The notes beneath the pieces were generated by a model, which was not told where the DNA came from, made no database searches, and was given only the letters and a program-made list of their open reading frames with translations. Below are positions 25,189 to 38,930 of a DNA stretch of 64,000 bases, one piece after another; position 1 is the stretch's first letter; every line of letters begins with the position of its first letter. The stretch covers positions 91,665 to 155,664 of the forward strand of contig NW_019218304.1 in assembly GCF_002571385.2 (NCBI RefSeq). Direction: 5' to 3'. The stretch is from Stylophora pistillata. Taxonomy: Eukaryota. The translations under genes and the position numbers were made by a program.

Positions 25189-28100
25189 TAGACTCCATGT
25201 TGTCGTGCGCCTGTTCAGTTATAAATCAAAGATGACGTAAAAATGTGGTAAAAAAAAAAAAAAAAAAATCACAAGAAGCGCCGCCAAGTGTTCCACTGAT
25301 GGTCTCACCGCATTTTGACATCTTCTGTGATCTCTTGATGTAGATACTCACGGCAACATGGAATCCAAATTTTTGATATGATAGGAGAAGAAAAATTTGT
25401 TGTCAATGATGACGCCCGTGTCCTCCCGGAGATCACAGGTATAAACCAATACGTACATAATTAAACGTAGCGTAGAAATGGGATTTAAAACTAACTAAAT
25501 GAATACAAATTAATATCTATGAACAAAGGAAGGAGCTTTGCGTAATCCCTCAAATTATTTATTTACGCTGAATTACTTAACATCACTTCATATTTATATC
25601 AATAAAAAAATAACTTCTTTTAACTTCACATTTTTCCCTTTCAACTCTGCACATAAATCAAAGCTATGAAACATACATCTCAGCTAAGTGCCTACGCTCG
25701 TGGCAAATAAATTAAACATCATTTTCAAAAACAATGAATTCCAAATTACGTCGCACAACTATTGTGTTGATTATTAATGAATACATCATACTAACTGTGT
25801 AAAACGGATTAACTTAACAAGCTATGGCGTCACTGAAAGTATTTTGATTAGTTTGTATATTCTCCATAATGTTGTCCACACCGTACCTACTGTGCTGACT
25901 CAGAGAAATCGTTTAACAATCAAGAGCTACTTAGGCTGGTGATCATTTCTTTTATTCTCTTGACCTTAATGTGTGATTCAGGGGTGATATTGTAAGGAGA
26001 AATTAGATATTAGGCACCCTTAGGGGTTAACCCTGTTTTCACCGCAGAAGAAGACATTCTAGCAAACACGACTTTCCTATTTCTTTATGGGGGAGGTAAT
26101 TTGAATCGTATATCAGATACAAACCTATCTGGCCGTGAGAAAGTCCTTGGTTATTTTGAAAATATTGCGGAACGAAGAACCACGTCATTACGTTGTTCAG
26201 TTTCCTTAGCAGAGGAAAGAAACGCTTTACCTTTTTCATACAGTTTACGAAACTATTCTTAAAGTAGATGTTATCTGTTTTTGGTTTCACACCATTACGG
26301 TTGTAATCTATCATCATCGTCATCGTCGTCGCTATCGTCATCATCAATGTTATCATCACAGCCATTAATATCGTCATCGCCATAGTCGTCGTTACCATGA
26401 TCATCATCGTTTTCGTTATTGTCATCATTATCGTCATCATCATCATTGTCATCGCTATCATCGTCATCATTGTTATCGTCATCGTTATCAATATTGCCAT
26501 CGTCATGACTATCGTCGTCATTATTGTTATCGTCATCGTCATCGCCACCATCGTAATCATCATCAACTTCGTCATTGTCATCGTCATCATTTTTGCTCTC
26601 TCCCTTTTTTGTCCAGAATTAAGTGCACAGGTTCTGTCTCCTTTAGTTGACATTATACGATTATCTACCATTATCTTGCTCTAATTTTTCCATTTTCTTA
26701 AGAATAAAGTACCTGAGTTCAGTCGCTGATAATCGAACTTACACTGGTCTTAGCCTTTCAGTCACGAAAAGAAAAAATCACTAACCACCGTAATTCTAAC
26801 CGCTGAAACGATCAAAATTTCGGTGATAGGACTAGGTGACTACAACGCGATTTCAAGAAATTCGATTCTGGGAGGTCTCTTAGTGAACAATGATTTTTGT
26901 ATTAGGATGACGTGTTTACATCCTTGCTACCATCCAGTTCAGATCACGCGTTAGTTACAACTAATGAGTTTGCTCATATTCCGTACAATTGGCTGTGTGT
27001 GAGAGACTTTTGAAGTCTAGCCCCCGCGTATGAATCGACACATGATTTGAATGAACGATAACAGGGATATAAACAGGTTGACCGACCCAATCTATTAACT
27101 CAATTGTACAACATTTTTACGTAATTTCTAAAACAGAAAAATAATGAATGTAAAAAGTCAAAGTCATTGCCCAAACCTACTTCTCTCTTAAGAGTTCAAC
27201 TCAAAGCTTTCTGCGCTTCTTAAGTTTTGTTCAGTGTTCTTTGTTAATTTTCTCTTTTGTCTACACTAATATAGAGTTTGTTTTGTTTTCTTTTAGGTTT
27301 TTTTTTTTTTTTTGGTACACTAGTTTGTGTGTGTATTTGTATTTTGCCTTGTTCTTGTTCGTCGAGTTTAGCCGCGAGGTCTCAAAACTTTGAAGATTTC
27401 TTTCAAGAAGTTTTTCCATTCTATCCCGATTGAAATAGACCTTTTGGTGCTCAAAATGAAAACACAATATACTAAATAATAATTGTGTCGAAAATATAAG
27501 CATGCAGCTCTTTTAAGCGACGAAGTCAGTTTTGGAGTTGAAAACAAAACTGAGTTTTCTGACTTCAACTGAGTTTTTGTGAAGTTGGTTAACTTTTCAT
27601 TGGAACGGTAAATATAAAGCTTCGTTTTTCCAACGGTTGATATCATTTTTAAGTGTTTTAAAATATTTCCTTTGGGAGATTTTGATTTTAAATCGTACAA
27701 TTTCAGAATTTTCAACAATTTTAACACAAACCTACGTAAATTTCCAGCTGTGAATTCTGAGCCGAAAATTTACAATGCTTTGAATACAGATTTAGTCTCA
27801 AATATTTCATGGTCGTTTTTGCCTTGTTCTCTATTCCTAGTTTTCGGGTAGAACACGATTACCTGGTAAACCCGAAACAGTTGACATAAGCTCTTCTTTT
27901 TCGTGCACACCTTGTGTTTGCATGCTATGCTATAAAAGAATTGGTTAACGCTTTAGCTGTGTTCGTATATCGAGTTATGGATGTCAAATTGATTACGTGC
28001 ATGCTTGAGAACTGTAGTGAACTTTTAGAAAAAATTTACGCATATAGCGCTCTTAAATTAGGGAACTTAAGAAAATAAAACTACTTTGAATAAATACAGC

Positions 28101-28925
28101 TTTGTCCATCACTAAACACAGACACACCTTCTCCTTCTTCGAAGTCACATTACCAAGCACTTGTCTTTGGAAGATTTCGATATCGAGGAGCTGCTGGGAG
28201 TTGACCAGTGGTGTGGCACACCAGACGTGTTTGTTGATGACGAATAATTTCTTGACGTTCCTGTGCTTGAGGTGTGCGATGAATATGTTGAACTATGAGA
28301 GCTTGCCGTACCCGAAGAGTAGCTCATGGCTGTACTGCGGTGCGGTGCGCCAAACGAGCTGTTAGAAGCTGAACCAAAACCACTCGATGCCCCACTACTG
28401 GACGAGTAATAACTACTGGTAGGATTAACGGAGCTTCTAGATGGCGCAGCTCGGCTATAAGAAGGTGTCTGAGCGGAACTTGGTGCTCCGCGAGCTCCGG
28501 AATTCCTACTACTTTCATCAGAATACTCGATGATGTACTCTGGGTAGAACTGGTCAGCGTCAAAAACCACATAAATGGTTGGACTGTACTGGTCGTCCAC
28601 ACAAGAGTCGAACAGGTCACTCGATGGGTTGGATGGTTGCTTTGGAGGCGGTCTCCGATAACTGGAGTTGCCTTTAGTGTAAGATCCAACAAGAACTTTT
28701 GCCAAGAACATGAACTGAAACGAATTCGCGTCTTTCTTCGCATAAGCATCGCTGTAGGAGGCATTTACAGCGAAATAACTTCCCTCGCCATAGACAGTGG
28801 CGTTCTTGCCGTTTAGGCGCCAGTCAAAGTTTTGCTTACATATGGCCTCCACAGCATCGGGGCTGGTTCCATGGAACAACCTCTTTTCGTTCAAAGAGTG
28901 ACTACCTCTCTTGATCGCTAACATG
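25189..28925. repeat. Copy 1 of a ~3.7-kb segmental duplication (PARP-B last exon and 3' flank)
   Basis: Colinear with 52571-56251, including a shared MITE, the ATC-rich tract and the terminal PARP exon. Confidence 0.9.
26308..26590. repeat. Degenerate (ATC/GTC)n trinucleotide repeat
   Basis: catcatcgtcatcgtcgtc...; it explains the low-complexity ORFs 26039-26671 and 26397-26684. Confidence 0.9.
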
Positions 28926-31900
28926 TTTTCCTTTTTCCTTTAAAGAAAAAGCGGACAAAAACAAGGCTTCAGGTCAAGAATGTGGTACATCTACCCAACT
29001 ACTGAGGTGAATATATTGTTCTAGTATGTATATATATATATATCTATAAACAAACAAAATAAAGCAAGAAAAGTTTACTTTAACATTATTTCTGCGACGA
29101 TTAGAATATTGTCGGGCGTAAATGCTTGGAGGTAAAAAGAAAAGGATATTCAAAGCGTGCCTTAAGCGCTATTCACTGTTTTAGTATATACTTAATGCCT
29201 TTATCAAGTACATGTAAGTGGAAAATTCCAGCTCTTATTTTCAGAAAAAAAAAAAGATGACAGAACTAAACGCTTACACTAATTTTCGTCTTATGGACAT
29301 AAGTGTTTATTCAGTCAACAGCACGAAATGAGCCAGCGGTCATTTGAGAGTCCTTAACTTTTTAACCCTTAAGAGTGATTAGCATCGAATTTCTCCTTAC
29401 AATATCACCCCTGAATCACACGTTATGGTCACGAGAATAAGGCAAATGATTATTAACTAGAGAAGCTCTTGATTGTTGAACAAATTCTCCTTACAAGCAC
29501 TTAAGGAAATGTATCGAGAACAGTGTGGAGAATAAGCAAACTGATCTTAGGGTCAAAGGTTTAATGAAAGCCATATTAACTCAGCTGTTCAATTACAAGT
29601 ACCTGGTTGCGAATGTGGCAGCATTAAAAAAAAAAAAAAGAAACTTCCGCACAAGACAAGCCTAGAGAAAGCTTTTTGAGATCAATTACCCGTTGCATTT
29701 TGAAATTGAGACCTTCTTCAATTCTTTGGAAATATCGAAATAATCATCTCTTTATATTAACAAAATACCTTTGATACTTCTCCCACATAAAAGAGTTTTG
29801 CACGCGCTCAATTCTACGGATAACGACCCTCTTTTGGATTGAACTTCTAAACAATCTCTCCACTTCTTTGTACTCAGCTGTAACATTGCTTAATGCTACA
29901 CGTGTGTACTGCATATTAACTGGCATAGAGGCCCAATTGCTGGGCTTTCCAGTACTCGATACAGTTGCACTCGTTTTTCCCTTTCTGGATGACCTGCGGC
30001 GAAAAAGGTGAAAAAAAAAAAAAAAACATATGTAAGACAGACATAGCCAAGAATTCAAGCGTAAGTAATGAACCTACCACAACTTTACAGTTATCTGTGC
30101 ATTTTTTTGTTAAGCGACCTTAATGTCCCTCGTTTCCTTGGGAACCATCAAGAAAAAGGGTAATTCAACACAGCGCGAGCATCAAAAGAACAGAACGAGA
30201 ATTTTGTTGAGTCGAACCGCTCCGAGATATTCTGATATTCTGGCGTTCTTGGTTTTACTACCCGCCCCAGACCAGGCCAACATGGCACGTTCTCTGAAAA
30301 GCCACTTCCCTCTCTTCATGCAGTAAACATTGAATACGTGATTAAACACTGTACCTCGTTCCTTTTCTTTTCGATTGAATTACTTCAGTTTAGGTGTGTT
30401 ACCTTACGAATAGGCTACATTACCATTTTTAGAAATTCAGAAATGTAGTCCAATCTTTCGTAAAAAAAAAAAAAAAGGTGCCGTATTGCACCCTCTCCAC
30501 ACTCCCTTAGCCTCAGAGGTGGCCATTGCGAAAGTTTTGACTGTATATTGAAATTACCTTCTAATCTCCCGGACGTCTGCGCTTGATCTAAATTCTGCTG
30601 GTCTTCTTCTTACTTGTCGTGTAGTGCCATACCTCAAGTTTTCTTGTCGCATTTCATGAAAATTCAGTGCATAGTCTTGTTCGGCAATTTTAAACTTAAA
30701 ACAATTTGTGGTGGATGAGAAGGCGTCTTCTATGGGTCTCTGAAGATCGTTACCCTGAAAATATACAAAAATTTTAAATTAGTTATAAATAGTCTTCAGG
30801 AACCCTTGCGGACGCCGCTTCATCCTGATTTGTTTGTTTATACATATATGTTTTCTTTTCATTCTTTTTTTCTTAACGATGTGATCGAAATAACGTTTTC
30901 TAAAGAGTCTACGTCTTAATAAGTCCAAAAACAAAGCTTAAAAAGCCCAATGAGCTTGTTAAATTATTTTCCTCAGTACTACTTTCTTTTGGCATGTTTT
31001 CCATTTCACCCAGAAGTGGCACCTGACATTAAATTTAAGTGAGTCTTACCAAGTAGTCTGAGCCATACGCCAGCCACATGCCATTTTCGTCCTTCCAGTA
31101 CCAAGTCCACGTTGATGCCAAAGGATTACCAAGATTATCGATGGAGGGTTCCGTGTAGAGCCGCCTAATGTCTGCCAAGACTTCAAAATCTTTCTGCACA
31201 AACATCATTTTATTTTCAAACAGGAAATTCACAGGATCCTCTTCATCAAAGAAAAAGAATTCTTCACTGAAAAAGTAGATTTTATGTTAACAAGGATCTG
31301 TGTGCCAATTCAATAACATGAACTTCCGGGTACATGATTTAACAGCTTCCTTATTACTGGCTCCTTTCAATAAGGAATTGGCATCTAGAACAGTATTTTA
31401 AAACATAAACTAAACTAGTGGATCAGTCTTAATCTAAACATAAGGGGCTTGTCAATAAAGGTCTTTTAAATGGATGAGATGAAAGATTGTACCTACACGA
31501 TTTAACAGAACGGATAGCTCAGAATGCCTGAATAACTAAGGTTACAAGGAAGTGAGCTTGTAAACCCACATTTTTAGACTTAAGCCTGTATAAATAGTTT
31601 AGGCTTGCCTCTGCAAACTGAAGTACTCTGTGTTTAAACGACTCTTCTCAACTCACCTTTCGAAAGACAGCTGGAGGCCAGTGGCTGAGCAATCATCCAT
31701 CATTGCGTCACAGTACAATTTCTCTACCTTCTCATTGTCAGTCTCGGTAAAACTCTTCCAGACTCCTTCACCCTCAACTCTGTATTGCCAGTGGTAAGGC
31801 AACGAACAGTGGTGCCCTGAACACTTCATGCCCTTCTTACACTTTCCCAGAAGGAAATCCGAACAGATAGGTGCATCTGGCTTATCACTGTGAACATGAC

Positions 31901-34900
31901 CTGTGAAAATGAAAACAGCAGTGTGACTGATGAAGAAGTTGCGAGATATGACTGAGCATATTTTCGGACTGATATTGCCACAGGATCATCGATTAATGCA
32001 ATACCTTTCTGTTGTCTTACAATGACCACAGATGGAAAATCATTGTAAAAAAAGCTGCTCATGACAAATAAAATTCAAGCAAGTGTAACTTTGCACTAAT
32101 ACTGTATCACAAATATTGCTAAATACATGTGCACAATCAAACTTGCGCTTTCTTGGTAAAAAATACCTGTTTCTCTGCTCTGTGCCAAATCGTCAAACAG
32201 CAAAATAGCCTTCTTCACTGCGCCTGGTTTCAAGTGATCGATTCGAAAACGCTCCAGAATTGCTCTGGTGTGATCAGTAGTCATGGCTGATTCATGCTCT
32301 AAGAGACAACCGCGTCCTTCTCGGGAACACTTTTTTAAGTGGTTGCTACACATGTGAATTCTAGGACAAGCATCGCCACGATCGCAGATACCATCGTTAT
32401 ACTCTACACAAATCAATGGCGAGGAAGACAGCACAAGCCGGCGAAGTTGCTCGTCTGTGAACTTTTCGAGGTTGATCTGAGACAGCAAAGCCTTATCCTT
32501 CTCGTTGCAAAATTGATGATTCCGAGGGCATGTTGCTCCGTTAGCACAGGAGTCAGTGATGTAATCTCTACAGATGTGCAAGAATGAGCAGTTGTCTTTC
32601 GCACAAGTTCCATAGTGGGCGTTGTTGTAACTGAAGCAGAGCCGAGCCTTTGCTGCAAACGCACTCACTTCTGTAATTTTCCCGTCTGGGTTTTCCAAGA
32701 TCAGAAAGCTCCCTTTTCTTTTACGAAACCAAGATTCCACGTCTTTGAATCCAGCAGGAAACAAATCAGTACGTTTAGAAATAACTGAAAACGTAACTGA
32801 GCAATTGTATTCCTTGCACAAGCACTCAAAGACTTTTCGTTCAGATGGTTCACCGCTGTTCCCAGAGGGAAAGATTTCTTTACGAATAGACCCAATCACA
32901 TTGGCTATATGATCAGATGGGTCACAAATGGCAATACCAGTAAGAGGTGAATGACCACTCCGCTGATAGCTAATGTTTTTGCTACCAGTTGCTCCTTTAG
33001 TCATAGTCGAGGGACTTGTCGTTGACACAGTGCTGGTTGTTTTGGCTACAGAAACAGATGTAAGTGAGAAATGGCTGGGACCACTCTGTTTCTTCTCTCC
33101 CTTGCTGTCAACTGCACTGATAGAAGACGACGTACTAGTTGCTGTTGAAATAGTGTCTTTAACAGGGGGGTTAATGTCGACTGAATGTTTCCTCTCGCAG
33201 ACCAGAAGGGCTCGCACAACTGGCTGAGTGTTACCATTCCTGACCTTCAAGCCATATCTATTGAGAACAGCGGTTGCATGAGCCGTCAGTAGAGCTTCTT
33301 CGTGCTCGAGACCGCAAATCGCCTGATCCGCACACTTCTTTCTTATCATATTCTTGCAAATATGTATCTTTCCACAACTCTCTCCAAGTACACAGTGTCC
33401 TTCGTTATAGTCAAGACATACTCGAGGTATTGACAGTTGAACGACCTTACGCAGCTGTTCTTCACTAAAGTCAGTTAACTTAAGTTTAGAAATGAACTTT
33501 CTGCTCTTATCGTACTCAAAACTGTGGTTTCTTTGACATCTACGGCCAAATCTACAAAACCCAGCAATGTAATCTCGGCACACGTGTATATAAGAGCATT
33601 CCTCTTTAGAGCAATGATCCTGGTTAAAACATAATTTTGCTCGTTGACAATGAACGTCCACTTTTACTGTTCCGTCTTCACTTTCCCTAAACAGAAAGCT
33701 TTCTTTCCTTGATTTGAACCATGCAGCGATATCTCCACATCCTTCAGGAAACAATTCTTTTTGTTTCGAGATAACAAGGAAAGGGACAGTACCATTGTAT
33801 TCTTTCAGAATGCAGTCAAACACTGCCTTCTTAGAGGGTGTGTTCTTTTGTGGATCTGGAACAGAGCTGCACGAACTTGAAATGGATGACTTTCGCTTGC
33901 GTTCCGCTGGTGTTTCTTCATTTTGAGAGTTTCTAGGGCTATGAGTGGAATCAGACGAATAATCATTTCCCAAGACCCATTTCTTTACCAAATCGTTTCC
34001 GCTATCATCAACGGGCAAAACGAACGGATCATTACGTACAGCGCTGGCTTTTCCTGCCCCACTTGAAATACAGAGATCCGCCTTTGGTTTCATTTGTGAC
34101 GTGGTTTTGGGTTTAAGAAATTTGCAATCATTTCCAGTCCCTTTGTTGCTTAGTTTTGACTCGTGAATCTGATGAAGCGATCGACTTTCATTCGCAGAGA
34201 GGAAGTTTTTAGAATCAGGTTTGTTGTCTTCTGAAGATGAGTCTGAGAGGCTTTCTTCCTCCTCGTGTATATTTAGAAACCCGGGATGTTTGTTAGAGCC
34301 CGCTGAAGCAGTCGCACAACTCGCCAAGTTGTTGTCGTACTTTGGTATACCCTTCTGTTTCCGCTCTTCCTTTGACTTTAACTGGTCAGGTTTTGGTCCA
34401 TTCCTCCTCGTGTCCACACTATCATTAGAAACCTCTCTGGATTTTGAGCCCGTATGATAATCGTTTGTTCCACCCGAGTTCGACTTGTGGCTTGCCCCAT
34501 GCTGTAAACTGTTTTCGTTTGTGTTATTCTGATTGACAAATTTTGTTAATTCTTCGGCTGGCGTAACCGAGGCCATTTCAACGGTAGTATCATCGCTTAT
34601 GAACTTGCCTTTGTCAAAATAACTCTGCTCTTTCATGATCAAAATACTGCTACAAACAAAGGCAGTGCTCATCGACTGATGTGGCACAAGGTCATACTGC
34701 TTCAGTATTTTCTTGTTGTTAACTTCAGTCAGATTATGCAATAGCCCACAACCACAGGGCAATTTTCGCACTACGTTCGGGCAAATATGAAGATATGGAC
34801 ATTTATCCGACTTACATTTATTTCTCAAATACAACTGACAAACCTGTGGTAGACTCCAGGCGATGATGTTCCGTAATGTTCCATTCGGGTGCTTCTCGAT

Positions 34901-35287
34901 TTTAAGGTCTTTGGTCTTCGCTTCGTTGTCGTTGTCGAAGAAATTGTGCGAACGATGGCAATTACCTTCGCAATTTCCCTCGATGTAGCTTTTACAAATG
35001 TGCCAGAATTTACATGAACCCCTTGTTCTTCTGCACGAACCTCGTTCAAGGTATTGTTGACAAATTTTCTTTTTCAGGTCGATGCGAACACCTCTGACTT
35101 CATCATCAATATCTTTCACCACAACAAAGCGGCCACGGCCGTGATTAATTAGCCAATTCTTCGCATCCAAGTTAGATTTAATGTCTTTCAAAGGCGATGA
35201 ATCCCTCAAAAGTAACGATAACTCTACAAATCCGCCACTACCACAAATAAAATTGAAAACTTTCTCGACCGAAACATCAGTCGCCAT
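28145..35287 (-). CDS. PARP12: PARP-B: ZAP/PARP12-like mono-ADP-ribosyltransferase with 3x (winged helix + 4 CCCH), CCCH, WWE, WWE, PARP, Ser-rich tail and CaaX; about 1598 aa
   Basis: Exons 35287-32167, 31900-31657, 31266-31050, 30754-30558, 29993-29769 and 28937-28145, all GT-AG, 4797 nt open frame, starting MATDVSVEKVFNF. Motifs: ICSDFLLGKCKKGMKCSGHH, LPYHWQY, WTWYWKDENG, VRRRP, LFHGT, NFDWRLNGKNATVYGEGSYF, PTIYVVF..QFYPEY. It ends KSSKDKCLVM*. The symbol indicates family only. Confidence 0.92.
29362..29563. mobile_element. piggyBac-like MITE in PARP-B intron 5
   Basis: Runs from ttaacccttaagagtgattagc to agggtcaaaggtttaa; same family as 7290-7502. Confidence 0.7.
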
Positions 35288-35296
35288 CTTGATTTT

Positions 35297-35306
35297 GAAA
35301 CTGAAA
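35297..35306. promoter_or_regulatory. ISRE-like GAAACTGAAA just upstream of the PARP-B start codon
   Basis: Matches GAAANNGAAA, 10-19 nt upstream of the ATG at 35287. A short motif, so it could be chance. Confidence 0.4.
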
Positions 35307-37655
35307 AACTTCATGGAATCGAGGTACAGAATTCCGCGAAAACGACAACACTCTCCTAACTTGACTAGGGTGGGGAATATAACTTTCTTTCCTTTCTCAT
35401 GTTTTTCTTTTAGGGATGGGGTGAGAAGGGATATCAGTTTAATTGTTTTATGGCTAATATAATGAGAAAAAAAGGATATCTTGTCTCGTCTTATTAACTG
35501 ACCTTGCGTCGAGTACCTCAATATCGCATTGTTCTTTTTTTCTTTTGACAACTGTTTTGGTTTCCAAATAAAACATTGGCCATAGGCCAGCCCGACAATA
35601 ATTTTCACATCTTTTTCTTCCTCAGATATTCCTTATTTTTAGCGTCATGTCATCATCTATGATTATTATTAAAAGACTGAAGCGGGCCAGAAAATACCGT
35701 TTTGTTACTTTGAATGATCACTATAAGTTATGTACATGTACATAAAATACATTTCTCTCCAATTTTTTGGATTTTCATCTTCGGAAGTCTACATTTACCG
35801 CTGGACTCCAGGGAGTTATCACAGGGATTTTATACACAATGGTAAGTGTTTATCGAAGTTGTTTTCGAGCTTCCCGCCATCAAGATTTCACTGAAGTCTT
35901 CAACGGAGATTAAAATCACGAATGCACATTTATCACGGTTCGCCAGGTGAGCTTCGTTGCGCTTGGAAATTTATCCAAACACATACCTGTTGAACATTCC
36001 ATCCTGCGAAGATTTCGTGAGTAGGGAATTTAAAACCCATGTCGTGCCGGGAAAGCAGTGAAATTACGCAAGCAAACAGACTTATATAAATATTCGATCA
36101 GCGGGCAAATTTGCGTATCGAACTTGTCCCGCTCAACGTTTAACAAGTTCACCACTGCTCCTGCGCCGGGTTCTTCAAAGCTGATCGAGTTAAGATAATT
36201 CAGGGATTTTGGAGGTTAAAATATCCATGAAGAGGAAAAGTCATTTCATTCATGCCTATTTTGCCGAGACTTATAAGGCTGGGGTCGCACTAACGCTTTT
36301 GGTGTTTACATTGCATTGGACATAAAATCTGTCATCGCATGCTTGCGACAAGTGCGACCCTTTAGTCGCGACCAGACATAAGGCTCATGTACCCAGACAT
36401 ACCTATGTTCGAAGGACCTAAAGATCAAAAAAGCCGATGTCCTCCCTCGAAGCAGGTCATATCTTGTCTAATGGCCTTAAAATAACAATTTTTTGCTTTT
36501 CCTCTGTCGCAACGTCAATCAAATCCGAAATATCTGCAAAAATTGGATTTTCGAAATTCTGCAAAGACAACACGTCCCCAGTTTTCTTTACAACGTTACA
36601 AAATTCCACTATTCACCTGATTATTCTCAGTATGGGGATTGCTTGTTTTCACCCTTTGGCTCGCAGATCTTTTCCCATCTTTGTCCATCCGACGACGTCG
36701 GTTTAAAGTGGCAAGAGCCAACATTTGCCGTTGGCGAGTGTTGTCAATGCATACAAACCAATAGGGTTTTGTACACTGAACAAGTTAAACAGAGATTTTA
36801 GAAATGTCGCTAGTAAAACTAGCTCTAGCCTCATGTCTACAAAAATTATATTTACTGCTCTTTTCGCGCGTGAAATATTAAGAGTTGACAGTCTGATTTT
36901 AAATATCATTTATGTCGCACAAGTGCGACCTCCATGACTCCGGTGGTGTAAATGTCCCGACATATTTATGGGACATCTTATGACGCGACTTAAAAAATTT
37001 AAGGCCACAGTGCAACCCCTTGCTTTCCTTACGTTCAAGACCGCGATATCGCAAATTTTCTTTTCCCTTTAACAACACAGTTTTCGTTTCCAAAAGAAAG
37101 ACTGGCCCTAAGCCTGCAAGTATAATTTTCTCTTTTCTTCCACAGATAGCGCGGAGTCAATCCCAATTTTTAGTAAACGATCAGACGCAACATCATCATC
37201 TATCATGCGCAACTACCTTTAAAAATAAGTCCGCAATGCGTACGAAATTGAGCAGCTTTCTCAGTGTCTGATGACTTGGTGAGTTTCTATTAGAAGAGCT
37301 AATATCTGATACAGTTAGTTTTCAATATTGTTCCTGTTCATGTAAAGTAACACAATGCTGAGTGTAAGTTTCTATTATCCATTAGGGCACAAAATTATAT
37401 TTTTAGTTGGTTGGGAGCAAAATGTTTACTTTACTTATTGTATCTGGGTTTTGTGGGACTGTATTTTCAATAAAGAACACAAGAAGATTTAGTTGAGGTA
37501 GGTGAATATGGGGTTGCAAGTGGAAGAATCTAGGGAAAAAAGATAGATGCATAACAAAATCAGAACACAAGCAATACTTTAATGAATCATATGTTGGGTA
37601 GTACTCTGAAGTAACATTACATTAAAACTGCTAATACTTTTTAACCCAATAAGAT

Positions 37656-38177
37656 NNNNNNNNNNNNNNNNNNNNNNNNNNNNNNNNNNNNNNNNNNNNN
37701 NNNNNNNNNNNNNNNNNNNNNNNNNNNNNNNNNNNNNNNNNNNNNNNNNNNNNNNNNNNNNNNNNNNNNNNNNNNNNNNNNNNNNNNNNNNNNNNNNNNN
37801 NNNNNNNNNNNNNNNNNNNNNNNNNNNNNNNNNNNNNNNNNNNNNNNNNNNNNNNNNNNNNNNNNNNNNNNNNNNNNNNNNNNNNNNNNNNNNNNNNNNN
37901 NNNNNNNNNNNNNNNNNNNNNNNNNNNNNNNNNNNNNNNNNNNNNNNNNNNNNNNNNNNNNNNNNNNNNNNNNNNNNNNNNNNNNNNNNNNNNNNNNNNN
38001 NNNNNNNNNNNNNNNNNNNNNNNNNNNNNNNNNNNNNNNNNNNNNNNNNNNNNNNNNNNNNNNNNNNNNNNNNNNNNNNNNNNNNNNNNNNNNNNNNNNN
38101 NNNNNNNNNNNNNNNNNNNNNNNNNNNNNNNNNNNNNNNNNNNNNNNNNNNNNNNNNNNNNNNNNNNNNNNNNNNNN
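37656..38177. other. Assembly gap (others at 41650-41670 and 57558-58411)
   Basis: Runs of N. Confidence 1.
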
Positions 38178-38181
38178 GACA

Positions 38182-38402
38182 GAATAGGCCATTTTACAGT
38201 TGTGTACTTAGTTGCCAAGCCTTTGATTCAGAGTGAGGCTAAAGATGACCTTGTTTTGTTAGGGAGCTGTATCTAGTTAGCATGATAACAAAGTGATTTA
38301 CATTTGAAAGGCAGCAAGGTTTGTATCATAACAAGGTCATCTCGAGCCTCACGCCTATTCAAAGGCTTGGCAACCAAGCACACAATTGTAAAATGGACTA
38401 TT
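38182..38402. mobile_element. MITE with ~40-bp TIRs (AATAGGCC/GGACTATT)
   Basis: aataggccattttacagttgtgtacttagttgccaagcctttga at the left end and tcaaaggcttggcaaccaagcacacaattgtaaaatggactatt at the right. Confidence 0.75.
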
Positions 38403-38930
38403 TAAAGACTTACAAATGTTTTCCTGACTGTAGCGATGGCGCCGAAGCCTAAGTTAAGAGTCTAAGATCGGCAACGAAAACTTCGGGCTAGAGAATACGT
38501 TGAAAAATTTTCGTGCTAAGAAGCCGTAGCGTTTAAATAGTTCTAAAAGGCATGCATAAATGATAAGCTAACACAAAAATTGGTAAGTGGAATCCTACAC
38601 TGGCAAGGAAATTACATTTAAATAGAACATCATGAACATTAAACTCTAACAATGATCCTTAAAACATGATAAGATATTCTTTGTTTCTACGAGATTGTCA
38701 TAAAAGCAAATCCTTGACCGGTATTGTACAATCGAGATTTCCATACTTACTAGTACTTTTGTCGTTTTGAAATATGCCTCCGTAAATTATCAACAGTGCA
38801 AGGAGAATGCAACTACAATACAACTTATTTCACTTTATGGCACTTCCAGGAGGCTTAAGACAATTTCAAACACTTTCAAACTCTTTCAGAGACTCAGTGG
38901 CGCAACCCGCACCGATAGATCGATCCGATA

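Noticed and set aside
26039-26684. Met/Thr-rich and Ile/Val-rich ORFs, also at 53397-53850 (poly-His, poly-Asp, poly-Ile)
   Set aside because: Translations of a degenerate ATC/GTC microsatellite; open in several frames and not conserved between the two duplicated copies.
35288-35608. 107-aa N-terminal extension of the 1170-aa ORF
   Set aside because: Starts at a non-ATG codon and has no homology. MATDVSVEKVFNF aligns with the PARP-A start MAESSDVSAVKVFNY.
36276-37110. Possible Harbinger-like element with gtcgcac/gtgcgac subrepeats
   Set aside because: Could not define matching termini or a recognisable ORF.
37631-38218. Long ORFs spanning N runs (also 57447-58461)
   Set aside because: Artefacts of assembly gaps.
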